Assembly: GCA_963844715.1 (NCBI GenBank)
Contig: CAWJPJ010000007.1
Coordinates: 288,001-352,000, forward strand
Reading direction: 5' to 3'
Source of the DNA: an uncultured Phycisphaerales bacterium
Lineage (GTDB): Bacteria; Planctomycetota; Phycisphaerae; Tepidisphaerales; Tepidisphaeraceae
DNA: 64,000 nucleotides
The position numbers and the translations under genes are program-made. The notes beneath the pieces are model-generated. The model searched no databases. It had not been told where the DNA came from and worked only from the letters and a program-made list of their open reading frames with translations. Shown piece by piece: positions 9,830 through 19,459 of this stretch; the stretch's first letter is position 1, and each line of letters opens with the position of its first letter.

Positions 9830-10561
9830 ATGAGAAGAGATGTTATGAGGATCGCATCGGCGCTGATTTTGTTCGTTTGCGGCATCGCCATCGCCGATGC
9901 CAGCCCCACCACGCAGCCGGACGATACCGTCCTCTCCAACCAGTTGCAGATTCTGGCGAACCAGGAAATGGCCAAGGGGAATTATGTCGCGGCCGCCGCC
10001 CTGCTGCAGCGGGATGAGCAGTTATTAATTTCCCAGCCCGACATGCTGGGGCCGATCGCCGAGCAGCTTCGCGTTTGCCGCCGGCAGATTTCCAAGGGGC
10101 TGACCGTCTCGACGCAGCCTACCCAGTCGGTGGTCATGGCCGTGGATGGTGGCGTGCGGAAGATTCACACCCGGCCGCCGGATGGGCAGACCCTTTCGCT
10201 TCCCATCAAGGAACTTGGAAATTTTGACTATGACGCCGAAGTCGGCGGAAATATTCCCGACGACGTGATGAAACTGGAAGGCATACATTTTGAAACCAGC
10301 GGATACATGATTCCCCTGGATCAGGCCGAGAGCATCTCCGAGTTCGCCCTGGTGCCGAGCCTGTTCGCTTGCTGTTTCGGGCAGCCGCCGCAGATTCAGC
10401 ATACGATCGTCGTGCATTGCCCCAAGGGCAAGGCCGTGGAATACTTCCCGGATGAATTAACCGTCGAGGGAACGCTGCACGTTTCGGAACAGAAAGACGG
10501 CGGATTCATCGTCAGCATTTTCCAGATGGATGCGTCGAGCGTGCGGCCGGCGAGCCAGTAG
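9830..10561 (+). CDS. Secreted DUF3299-like protein
   Basis: Signal peptide; GYMIPLD...FALVPSLFACCFGQPP...VEGTLHV. Confidence 0.7.
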   Translation: MRRDVMRIASALILFVCGIAIADASPTTQPDDTVLSNQLQILANQEMAKGNYVAAAALLQRDEQLLISQPDMLGPIAEQLRVCRRQISKGLTVSTQPTQSVVMAVDGGVRKIHTRPPDGQTLSLPIKELGNFDYDAEVGGNIPDDVMKLEGIHFETSGYMIPLDQAESISEFALVPSLFACCFGQPPQIQHTIVVHCPKGKAVEYFPDELTVEGTLHVSEQKDGGFIVSIFQMDASSVRPASQ

Positions 10562-10565
10562 AGCC

Positions 10566-11108
10566 ATGAGCGTCACCTTTGAAATCCCGAAAAAGGCCTG
10601 GATCACACGCATCAATTGGCGGATCGCGATTTTCATCGCCGTCGTAGGGACGATGGTCGGCGTGCCGTTCTACATCTGGGCCGACGAAGTCATCACCGGC
10701 GGCATCCACAACCACGGCGATTATAAGGAAGTGGACCTGAAAGCGATGAGTACCTTCGATATGGACCAGGTGATCGGAACCATGAAGGATATTCCCCAAA
10801 GATTCCGCGACCTCGAAGGACAAAAAGTGATGATGGTCGGCGAGATGTGGAACCCGCACAGCGCTGGGGATGACAAGCTGAATTATTTCGTGCTGGTTTA
10901 TTCTAAGACCAAATGCTGCTTCACGGGCCCCCCGCTGGCGCAGCACTTCGTCGACGGCAACGTGGTGCCCGGCGCGGCCGTTTATTATTACGACACGCCC
11001 GTGCAGGCCTGGGGAACGATGCACGTCTATGTCCTCAAAGACGCCGACGGCGTCATCAAGAGCATTTATCACGTCGATATCGAGAAGGTCGAGCCGATCG
11101 AGAATTAG
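10566..11108 (+). CDS. Membrane-anchored DUF3299-like protein (paralog of upstream gene)
   Basis: N-terminal TM; LEGQKVMMVGEM...FVLVYSKTKCCFTGPP...WGTMHV. Confidence 0.7.
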   Translation: MSVTFEIPKKAWITRINWRIAIFIAVVGTMVGVPFYIWADEVITGGIHNHGDYKEVDLKAMSTFDMDQVIGTMKDIPQRFRDLEGQKVMMVGEMWNPHSAGDDKLNYFVLVYSKTKCCFTGPPLAQHFVDGNVVPGAAVYYYDTPVQAWGTMHVYVLKDADGVIKSIYHVDIEKVEPIEN

Positions 11109-11311
11109 GTAGATTCAAAGTTCCCCTTTATCCGCGCGACGCAATTGTTGCCGGGTTGGGCGGTTGAAAATCCGGGGCTTCGATTCGGATTCGAATGCCA
11201 TTTCGGCAAAGGCCGAGGCCGTCATTGTTTAAATATTGGTTCAACAACGAAAAACCCATGGGTCAATTCAATCCTTTTCGGTAATTTGTGTTGAATATAG
11301 AATGAACTGAT

Positions 11312-11647
11312 ATGGCGAGCTTTGTAGCCCACTACAAGAAAAAGCAACTACAGCTTCGCGAGCTTGAGGGGGAACTATTGGCGCTACTGCAGAAAGGCGT
11401 GGCCGACAAAACAGCGTTACGCGCCGCCGAAGAAGTACGACAGGCGAAGGTACGGGCTCTTAAGGAAACGATCGCGAAGTTGGCCCCTTCCGAAATAAAT
11501 GCTCCCGCGATGGAAAGAGCGCAAAACAAGATCGAAGAATTGCAGGCCACGCCGGAAGCAGCCATTCTCGAAGAATATCGCCGACGGGTAGCGCACATAA
11601 AAGGACCTGTGCCTGTCCCGCGTGCACCGCGCAGGGGACACGGGTAG
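11312..11647 (+). CDS. Hypothetical helical protein
   Basis: 111-aa ORF after an AT-rich upstream region, with TAGAAT 8 nt before ATG; amphipathic helices. Confidence 0.55.
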   Translation: MASFVAHYKKKQLQLRELEGELLALLQKGVADKTALRAAEEVRQAKVRALKETIAKLAPSEINAPAMERAQNKIEELQATPEAAILEEYRRRVAHIKGPVPVPRAPRRGHG

Positions 11648-11737
11648 CGCCCCCAAAATTGGAATGCGCCAGGCAATCCCCAAACAAAAAGTTCAGTTGA
11701 CGTACTGCAGTCCCAGAACAAATTCATTAGCGGACGC

Positions 11738-12079
11738 TCATGCCTTGGCCAAAAGCAATTGCACATCCGATCGCAGCACCGCCAGTTTATTCTGGACGAT
11801 GTCCCAGGTTATTTCGTGCCTGACCACGCCGTAGCCATGAATCAACTGATTGCGGAAAGCAATGATCCGATGCCATTCGGTGATTTGATGGGCTGTGTCA
11901 TGGTCCGACTTTTCCAACTGAACGAGCGCCTCCCCAATCACGGCGAAATTCCACTGCACGGCGTCGCGCAATTTGCCGTCGGCAAGGTAATCGTCACGTG
12001 TTTTGCCCCGCGTGTAGTCTCCGATGCGGCCGGCGGCATCGAGAATGTCATGCAGGAACTTGCCGGTCTCAAGCCGCAT
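11738..12079 (-). CDS. HepT-like HEPN ribonuclease toxin (DUF86)
   Basis: MRLETGKFLHDILDAA...VIGEAL...IIAFRNQLIHGYG (RxxxxHxY). Confidence 0.85.
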   Translation of the reverse strand: MRLETGKFLHDILDAAGRIGDYTRGKTRDDYLADGKLRDAVQWNFAVIGEALVQLEKSDHDTAHQITEWHRIIAFRNQLIHGYGVVRHEITWDIVQNKLAVLRSDVQLLLAKA

Positions 12080-12374
12080 ATAAGGTGACCCGGTGCTGGT
12101 TGGCGACTTGCAGAAAATAAGGATTGTGAACGTCTCGGCTGCTGACCAGGTCCACCGATCGGCCCAGCAGTTGTTCCAAATCCTCCATGAAGCCGAAATA
12201 GCGATCGGCCAGTTTTGTCTCGTCGGAGTCGAATTCAAAAAAGAAGTCGATGTCGCTTCGGGCCGGCTCAAAATCGCCGCGGGCCGCGGAGCCGAACAGC
12301 TCAAGTTTGCGCACGCCGTACTTCCGGCACAAGGCCGCGATCTGCTCACGATGTTGTTCGAGAAGCGGGATCAT
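12069..12374 (-). CDS. MNT family nucleotidyltransferase antitoxin
   Basis: LELFGSAARGDFEPARSDIDF...LGRSVDLV...NPYF; overlaps HepT start. Confidence 0.85.
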   Translation of the reverse strand: MIPLLEQHREQIAALCRKYGVRKLELFGSAARGDFEPARSDIDFFFEFDSDETKLADRYFGFMEDLEQLLGRSVDLVSSRDVHNPYFLQVANQHRVTLYAA

Positions 12375-12425
12375 TGAGGCGATTATACCCTGCATGCTTC
12401 CTCGTGCACCTACTGACAGAAGAGA

Positions 12426-13661
12426 TCAAGGCACCACGGAAACCGGCGATTGCACGGCCGCCGTTTGCGTCGTCGGCTGCATCGGCGTCTGCATCGGCTG
12501 ACTCGCCGGCTGGGTCGCCGGTTCCTGCGCCGCCGGGGGCGTGCGGAAATGATCGATCGGGCCGGTGTCGCCGTCGAAGAGGAGCAGAGTTCCGATCCAG
12601 ATCTGGGCGGCCACGGCCAGGATCAGAAGCAGCGAGGCCAAGCCGAGGAGTTCGCGCTGGCGCGGGGCCCAGAAACCGATAATGGCCAGAAGGATGCACA
12701 GGACGAGGATCGAAGTTCCCAAGATGATGTGGATGGCGATTCGGCGCTGGCCTGCTAGGGCGATGCCCATCAGAGAGTCACGAAGCTGCGGGAAGTCGAG
12801 GACTTTGGGCCAGACCGAAAATCCGCCGACGTAAAGCCCCAGCGCGAGGGTGATAATCCCCAGCAGCGAGGCGGCGACCCAAAATCGGGGCGATGGCGGC
12901 GTGGATGACTCGGGCGGCGCCAGTTCGTGCGGCGCGGGCACGGAAGACCAGGGATCGCTGGCTTTTTGTTCATAGGTGCTTTCCTGCGCCGCCATCAGCG
13001 GGCGTCTGGCTTTGTCCGTGCTGCGGCGGTACGAAACGCCCATGGCGCCGGCCGCCACCGCGAAAAGAAATCCGGCAAAGACCAAATGAATCTGCATCGG
13101 ATTAAGCGAGAACTCCAATTGATCGAGCAAGTTTTGCGATTGAGGCGGCGGCCCTTCGTTGGATGAAGAAAGTTTTCCATCGACCCCAAATCCCTGGCGG
13201 TAAACCATCTCGCCACCGTGCCATGCACCGACGACCAGCAAGCCCATGGACAAAAGGATCAGCGTGAATGCGGGGAGGTAAACAAACTTGCGCGCCCGGT
13301 CAGACGCGCCCAGATACCAGATGACGGCGATGGTAGCGATGGCGGCAGCCGTCCCGGTGAGGAGCACGTGCTGGCGGACAAGGCCCCAATCGCGCATCGT
13401 GAATCCGCTGGCGGACGCGAGATCGCTAAAATTGTCCGGGGAATTGCCGTGAGTCGCAACGTCGTACAGGGCATAGATTCCGCTCGTGACAACCGGGGCC
13501 ATCATGAGCGTCCCGATGAGGATCATCCATCGGCCGGCCTTGTGGAGCGAACCGCCGTGCCAGAGAAAATTCAGGATTTCGATCAGAACACCGGCGGTCA
13601 GGAGCGCCATCGGAAAGTGGACCAGGATGACGTGTAGATTGGGAATGATCTCGGGGATCAA
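12426..13661 (-). CDS. DUF2231-like multi-TM membrane protein with intramembrane His residues
   Basis: NLHVILVHFPMALL, GAWHGGEMVY..GFGV, second TM bundle with MQIH and AIH. Confidence 0.7.
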   Translation of the reverse strand: MIPEIIPNLHVILVHFPMALLTAGVLIEILNFLWHGGSLHKAGRWMILIGTLMMAPVVTSGIYALYDVATHGNSPDNFSDLASASGFTMRDWGLVRQHVLLTGTAAAIATIAVIWYLGASDRARKFVYLPAFTLILLSMGLLVVGAWHGGEMVYRQGFGVDGKLSSSNEGPPPQSQNLLDQLEFSLNPMQIHLVFAGFLFAVAAGAMGVSYRRSTDKARRPLMAAQESTYEQKASDPWSSVPAPHELAPPESSTPPSPRFWVAASLLGIITLALGLYVGGFSVWPKVLDFPQLRDSLMGIALAGQRRIAIHIILGTSILVLCILLAIIGFWAPRQRELLGLASLLLILAVAAQIWIGTLLLFDGDTGPIDHFRTPPAAQEPATQPASQPMQTPMQPTTQTAAVQSPVSVVP

Positions 13662-13694
13662 GGTAATTCCTCCATGTGAAACCCCCCTGCCGGA

Positions 13695-14861
13695 TTATTT
13701 GGCCGAGTGGGCCTGCAAATCCTTCTTCGCTTCTTCCAGAGCGATGACCGTATACGAGGTGACAAGAACCGGGCTGTCTTCCATCCAGCGGCGTTGCCCC
13801 ACAAAGCTCCCGTCGGGGGCCTGGAGCGTGGCGATCTTTTGGATGAGTTCGGCGCGCCAATCATGTTTGTGTCCCTGCGGATCGATGATGACCGGTTCGC
13901 CGTAGGCACTGAGGGCTCGGGCCATGGTGTAATAGTAGTAGAAGAGACCGCCTTTCGCATTCTCCGGCCCGCTGGCGGCCATGCCGGGATTTTCATCGAC
14001 CGTGAAATTTCGGCTGATCCAACTCCACGCGGCTTTGACGCGCGGATCGTCGTGCGACAAGCCGGCATAGACCATGCTCTTGAGTCCCGCGTAGGTCATC
14101 GAGCCATAGCTGCGGAGCATGCGCCGCCCGCCGAGAATGTAGTCGCCCGCGGGCGACAGGCCCCCAGATGCGGGCGTGTAGACGAAGCCGCCGTCGTTTC
14201 CCGCCCACGGCTGATCGTTCGTCTCCGAAAAATTCTGGCAGCGGGTGGCGAATTTGAGCGCGGCGGCGTAGGCGGGATCGTCAGTCTTCACGCCCGCGTC
14301 GCGCAAAGCCTCGATCGCAAATTGCGTGTTGCTCAAATCGGGCCGCGCCGCCTTCCCGTACCCGAATCCGCCGTAGCGCGGGTCCTTGTCATTTGCGACG
14401 CGCAGCGATTCGGGAACGCCCTGAATTTTGTCGGACCATTGCGTGGACCGAAGATACGCCAGCGCCTTGTGGATGGCCGCCTGATATTCCGCCTCCTGGC
14501 TGATGGCCAGCGTGCTGATGCAGATCGCCGTGTTGTAATCCGCCAGCGTGTGAACGTAGATCCCGCCGTCCGGCTGCTGAACCGAGAGCAAATGATCGAA
14601 TGATTTATCGAGGAAGGGAATGTCCGCGTCGTACTTGGAGTCCGAAAGGAACGCACGCTGCACAAGAGCGGTAATGCCGGGGAACTCGCCCTGCGAATCG
14701 TTTTGCCAACTGTTGTCCGGCTGTTGCTGGGTCTTCAAATAATCCAAGGCCTTGTCGGCCGTGGTTTGCGCCAGTTGCGAAGGATCGTTCGTCGCGGCTT
14801 CAGCAAAAGCGATCGATGAAACGGCGAGCACACAGGCGAAACAAAGAGCTTTGCGAAACAT
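13695..14861 (-). CDS. Secreted prenyltransferase/squalene oxidase repeat protein
   Basis: Signal peptide MFRKALCF..; QQPDGG, GGFGY, DLSNTQF, SYGSMTYAGLKS, QAPDGSF repeats. Confidence 0.8.
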   Translation of the reverse strand: MFRKALCFACVLAVSSIAFAEAATNDPSQLAQTTADKALDYLKTQQQPDNSWQNDSQGEFPGITALVQRAFLSDSKYDADIPFLDKSFDHLLSVQQPDGGIYVHTLADYNTAICISTLAISQEAEYQAAIHKALAYLRSTQWSDKIQGVPESLRVANDKDPRYGGFGYGKAARPDLSNTQFAIEALRDAGVKTDDPAYAAALKFATRCQNFSETNDQPWAGNDGGFVYTPASGGLSPAGDYILGGRRMLRSYGSMTYAGLKSMVYAGLSHDDPRVKAAWSWISRNFTVDENPGMAASGPENAKGGLFYYYYTMARALSAYGEPVIIDPQGHKHDWRAELIQKIATLQAPDGSFVGQRRWMEDSPVLVTSYTVIALEEAKKDLQAHSAK

Positions 14862-14964
14862 GGAGGGTCTCCTTACGTCAGTCGAACGGAAATTGTAGCT
14901 GGGAACGGCGATGAATGCCCAGCATCGAAAGGAGATTAATTGCGGCCAGCCGCCTCCCGGCCCC

Positions 14965-17370
14965 CTAATGGGCGTCCAAGTCACTCCAATAAGACCAGCT
15001 TCGAACATGCCGCGGACCCGGCACGGTTTCGAGCATGACGCCCAGGGTCGCGGGAGATTGCGGGAGCGAAACCTCGGCGGATTGCAGCCCCTGATCGAAG
15101 GGCACATTCGTCGGATCCAGGAAGCGCGAGAAGGCGAGCGTGGCGTGCACATGCCCGGGGTCGATCTCGTCTACCGTGTAAACGCGGAACGTCACCCCGT
15201 CGGTTTTTTCAGATTTTGCTTCCCCGTAGGAGCGTTCGAGCATGCCAAAGGAAAATCGGAACGTCCGGGCGCCGGCGGGGATGGGAAAGATCATCCGGCT
15301 CGGGGCGGCAGCGGTGAGGATGATCTTGCCGTCTTCACTCAGATAAAGATCGGGCGGCCTTTCGGCGTTGACAACCCGCATGCGGCCAAACCAATCGCGC
15401 AGGTTGAAATATTGGGACATCCCCGGAACGCTCGAGACATTCAAATGCGGGAACGCCAGGCGCGAAAAAGTCAGATCGTATTCATCCCAGCAGTAATAGG
15501 ATTTTGCATTGTCAGAAAACGAGACCATGATCTGAATCACTTCAGATCGCGAGAGGACTTTTTTCCATCGAGTGGAATAGACCGTCGCGAAGGAGAGCTG
15601 ATCCCAGATTCGCGGCGAAAGCAAAAACCCGCCGGCCGCGACGTCGGTGAGCAGGCGATACGACTCGACGTCGCCCGAGCGGGTTTTGATCGTGAGAAGC
15701 AGCGTCGGGGGTTTGTACAGGGCGCGAACGATCCGGCCGGCGGGAGTTAAATGGATCTCGAGATTCGCCCAAATCGGATCCGTCGCGTCCGGGACCGCGA
15801 TCCACTCTCCGAGTCGCGCCGTTAGGTGCTGGATGGGAAGAATCGAATAGTCACGCGCGGGCTCTGATTTCTTCAAATAGAGCCTCGACCCCGTCGCGTC
15901 GGCAGGCGCATATCGCGTGAATAATTCCGGCCAGGAGAGAGACTCTTCCTGAGACGGATAGTGATTATCCAGAGGCTGGGGCTGAAAGAAAATGTTTTGC
16001 GGCGCTTTTGCGGAGCGCAAAAAATCGGCGTTCAATCGGCTGAGGGCCGTGGTGTAGGTGAGATAGCTGTGAAAAACCGGACGGGGATCGTAGTCGAGCC
16101 CGTTGATGATCACCGATCTCTGCCCCCAGGAATAAACATCCACGGTTCCATCGACGTGCGGAACCGGATTGGCCAGCGGGTCTTTCAAATCGTCGCGTTG
16201 ATACTCCGTCAGAGGCGACCCGCAAATCCATTCGATGGCCACCTCGAACCGCTGCGGCGTGTCGAGAAATGTGTTTTCAAAAAACTCGACAACGCGCGGA
16301 TTCCAGCCGGGGAAGGCGGAATTGACCGCCAGGCAAAACACCGCGCCGCCGAATAATACCAGCCCCACGCGAGTGAGCCGATGTCGCGCTTCCTTCCACA
16401 GGGGAGCGGCATAGACGATCGTCAGCAAGGCGAACGAAGACGTGGCGAGGATTTCGTGGAGATCGTGGCGCACGTATCCGGCCTTGAAGATCGTCCAGAG
16501 AACTCCCGCCAAACCGAAGGCGTGGAGATACCGGCGCAATCGGGTGCTTTGCCCGGGCCGGAGCATCGCCGTTCCGAACAGAAGCGCCCCGCACGCGACC
16601 ACAAAGATCGCGACGTCCCTGGCATCGGACGGACGTGAAACATACTCCCCCTCGGCGTACCCTGACGCGATGAGCCATGAACGATGAATGTAGGGCCACA
16701 AGTTGTTCCAATGCTGAAACGCACCGAACCAGAAGGCGAGATATGCCGCGATAAAAATCAGCAGAAGCGACGGAAGACGGCGGCGGAATAATTGGTCGAC
16801 GCTTACGACCCACAGGACTGGCGCGGCGACAAAGAAAACCGAGAACTTAATCTCGCACGCCAGCGCCATCGCCGCGGCCAGAAGAAGTTTTCTCCATTCC
16901 CATGTCGAGTCGTCGACGCAGAAATACAGGACGAGCGGCAGCCAGCAGATGGCGAAGAGGCGCACGTCCTGCATCTGCGTGTACGCTCCGCCGGCAAACC
17001 AGATGACCAGGAACAACCACGCGAAGGCGGGCCAGGGTTTGCGGATCGCGTAATCGGCGATTCGTGACACAGCCGCGAAAAAGGCGACCCCAAAAAGCGT
17101 CCAGACAACCACGACCCATGGAAAAATTCCCGGGAAGTGCCCGACGATCGCGAACGACCAGGGCCCGAACGTGAAGACGAGGTCGGTGCCGAATTGGGCG
17201 TGTTGAAAGTGGGCCCATTCCATGACCAGCGTCCAGGACGAATCCAGCTCGTCCGGGGCAAGCGAGAGTGTCCACGGGACGAAAACGCTGAGGGTGAACA
17301 GGAAGAGAAGGACACGCACCAGACCCCAAAGCATTCTGGGAAGGAACTGGAGTGGTGGGTCTTGAGACAT
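14965..17370 (-). CDS. Large multi-TM membrane protein (GT-C-like) with C-terminal extracellular beta domains
   Basis: About 11 hydrophobic segments, acidic first loop DELDSSW, PRPVFHSY, C-terminal TDGVTFRV (carbohydrate-binding-like). Confidence 0.65.
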   Translation of the reverse strand: MSQDPPLQFLPRMLWGLVRVLLFLFTLSVFVPWTLSLAPDELDSSWTLVMEWAHFQHAQFGTDLVFTFGPWSFAIVGHFPGIFPWVVVVWTLFGVAFFAAVSRIADYAIRKPWPAFAWLFLVIWFAGGAYTQMQDVRLFAICWLPLVLYFCVDDSTWEWRKLLLAAAMALACEIKFSVFFVAAPVLWVVSVDQLFRRRLPSLLLIFIAAYLAFWFGAFQHWNNLWPYIHRSWLIASGYAEGEYVSRPSDARDVAIFVVACGALLFGTAMLRPGQSTRLRRYLHAFGLAGVLWTIFKAGYVRHDLHEILATSSFALLTIVYAAPLWKEARHRLTRVGLVLFGGAVFCLAVNSAFPGWNPRVVEFFENTFLDTPQRFEVAIEWICGSPLTEYQRDDLKDPLANPVPHVDGTVDVYSWGQRSVIINGLDYDPRPVFHSYLTYTTALSRLNADFLRSAKAPQNIFFQPQPLDNHYPSQEESLSWPELFTRYAPADATGSRLYLKKSEPARDYSILPIQHLTARLGEWIAVPDATDPIWANLEIHLTPAGRIVRALYKPPTLLLTIKTRSGDVESYRLLTDVAAGGFLLSPRIWDQLSFATVYSTRWKKVLSRSEVIQIMVSFSDNAKSYYCWDEYDLTFSRLAFPHLNVSSVPGMSQYFNLRDWFGRMRVVNAERPPDLYLSEDGKIILTAAAPSRMIFPIPAGARTFRFSFGMLERSYGEAKSEKTDGVTFRVYTVDEIDPGHVHATLAFSRFLDPTNVPFDQGLQSAEVSLPQSPATLGVMLETVPGPRHVRSWSYWSDLDAH

Positions 17371-17421
17371 GCTTGACTGTCGGCGCATTGCCGATAGAAA
17401 GGGGGAGCCCGAATGACCATT

Positions 17422-17493
17422 TCGGCAGTAGCTCAATGGTAGAGCAGTCGGCTGTTAACCGACTGGTTGTAGGTTCGAGTCCTACCTGCCGAG
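17422..17493 (+). tRNA. tRNA-Asn (GTT)
   Basis: TCGGCAG/CTGCCGA acceptor stem, GTCGG-CTGTTAA-CCGAC anticodon arm, GGTTCGAGTCC T-loop; CCA not encoded. Confidence 0.95.
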
Positions 17494-17692
17494 TTCATCC
17501 GCGTCAAATCGCGCCGTTTCATCGCGCCATCCCTTCGATCCGCGAATCGCCCTCTCTTAACTAATTTGTTTCTCGATATTTACAAGCGACAAGAATCAAG
17601 CCACCTGCGGCGCCCGATTGCTTTATTGGAATCCGCAAGCGGGAGCGGCTTGTTGGTCGATATAGCAGTAACTATCGACCCGAGGTTTCTTT

Positions 17693-18538
17693 ATGGTCAT
17701 GCCCGCGGACCTGCCGCAGTGTTGTTCGCCCGATGCGTTCAAGTTACTGACGCGCCAGGCTAAAACGCTCGATTCCCCCGACGCACTGGTCGGCGGAGCC
17801 GTCGCCATCGCCCTCCATCAGTTGGATGGGGTAGACGTCGCGGCTCAGGACGCGCTGCTTCAGAAATATGTCGATACGGTTCGCCAGCGCATGCGCGGGC
17901 ACCAGCCGCAGGCAATTCTTGCCCATCTTCACGATGTGCTCTTCGAGGAAGAGGGATTCGCGGGAAATACGGAAGATTATTACAACCCGAGCAACAGTTA
18001 CTTGCCCGCCGTTCTGGCCGGAAAGCGTGGTCTACCCATTACGCTCAGCCTGGTCTACAAGATCGTGGCCGAACGGCTGGGCCTTCGGGCATGGGGCGTT
18101 GGATTGCCGGGGCATTTCCTGGTTGCGGTCGAAGAGCGCCCGGAGCGGATTCTGCTCGTGGACGCATTCGCCAAGGGGCGGATTTTGACCGTTTCCGAGG
18201 CGCATCAGCGCATCCAGGAACTGTTTGGCCCGGAGATGGAGTGGTCGGAGGATATGCTCCGCCCCGCGTCGAACCGGCATTGGCTCACACGCATTCTCCA
18301 AAACCTGCTGCATATCTTCGGCACGAACAATCGCTATTCAGATGTGGCAGCGGTGCTGGAGATGGAAATGATTCTCTGGCCGAATCAGGACCATTTGCAG
18401 CGCGATCTGGCGCTGGTCTTCGCGCGCATCGGCCTATCGCGACCGGCGAGCCTCTGGCTGGATTCCTACCTTCGCAAAAACCCCGACGATCCTCAAAAGA
18501 CCGATCTCAAGCAATTATTGGACGTGCTGTCCAACTAG
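17693..18538 (+). CDS. SirB1/transglutaminase-like protein with C-terminal TPR-like region
   Basis: GFAGNTEDYYNPSNSYL..VL..KRGLPITLS, GVGLPGHFLV, RILQNL. Confidence 0.85.
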   Translation: MVMPADLPQCCSPDAFKLLTRQAKTLDSPDALVGGAVAIALHQLDGVDVAAQDALLQKYVDTVRQRMRGHQPQAILAHLHDVLFEEEGFAGNTEDYYNPSNSYLPAVLAGKRGLPITLSLVYKIVAERLGLRAWGVGLPGHFLVAVEERPERILLVDAFAKGRILTVSEAHQRIQELFGPEMEWSEDMLRPASNRHWLTRILQNLLHIFGTNNRYSDVAAVLEMEMILWPNQDHLQRDLALVFARIGLSRPASLWLDSYLRKNPDDPQKTDLKQLLDVLSN

Positions 18539-18593
18539 CGAGCCGCAGGGGAACTCAGCACCGGCGCTTCGGGAAGATGGACTTTCACATCGA

Positions 18594-19451
18594 CTAATTC
18601 GATCGCACCGGCGGCAACTGAGGCGTAAATCGCGTACGCCAGCACCTTTCGCCACATCGGCCACGATTTTTCACCGTTGAACATTCGCATCGCTCGGTTG
18701 AGTTGTCGACGGATCTTCCAAAAGCGGCGCGAGGATCACGGCGGCGAATCGGCGCGACAAGGGCCCGAGGTGGCCGCCGTTGTCTCCATACTTCTCCCAC
18801 GCCGCCTGGTACGGGCAGGAGATTAATTTTTGATATTGGGTTGCGTCGGCGCCAGGTGGCGTAACGAAGCCACCGAATCCAGCGGACTCGGTGAGGATGC
18901 CGTCCATTGTACCGAAGAGGCGCGTCCCGGTGGACAGGACCAGTTCATCGCGCGTGCTGCTGAAGACGAAGAGATTGCCGCGCACGTGGCGCAGGCGCTT
19001 TGGAGAGGTCGTATCCAGGCGAGACCGCGGGAGCTAGGAGCACGACCGTATTCACGCTCACGTCCGCGGGAAGCTGTTCGAGCGTCCAGATCGCCACGCC
19101 GCAGCCCCCGCTGTGGGCGGTCAGATCGATGGGGATGCCCGGGAATTGCCGGGAATGATCGGCGATGAGCCCGGCGACATTCGCGGCTTCCCGGCGGTTT
19201 CGGACTTGTGCGTGCAATGAATCGATGCCGGGATCGCCCGCGGTCCAGTCATAGACTTCGAACTGCGCGGACACGCCGCCTTGAATGAGGCCGGCGATCA
19301 TTCGGTTATCGAAGCGCCGATACCCGTCAATCCCCGGAAAATGCAGGAGCCAAAGGCCCGGCTGCGAAGGTTGCGTGGCGGGCCCGGCGCAAGCGGGTAC
19401 GCCCCCCGCCGCCAAAATAAAAAGAATGATCGCCAGTGACACGGCGCGCAT
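18594..19451 (-). CDS. Secreted alpha/beta hydrolase (two indels)
   Basis: Signal peptide; LTAHSGGCG nucleophile elbow; LLAPAVSPGYDLS; FGTMDG; NGGH; spread over three frames. Confidence 0.7.
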
Positions 19452-19459
19452 GATCGATT

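Noticed and set aside
13695..14861. Squalene-hopene cyclase / hopanoid pathway
   Set aside because: The protein is too short (single barrel), has a signal peptide, lacks DxDD, and no hpn genes are nearby.
17422..17693. tRNA-Asn as an integration site of a genomic island
   Set aside because: No integrase nearby, and I saw no duplicated tRNA 3' end in the window.
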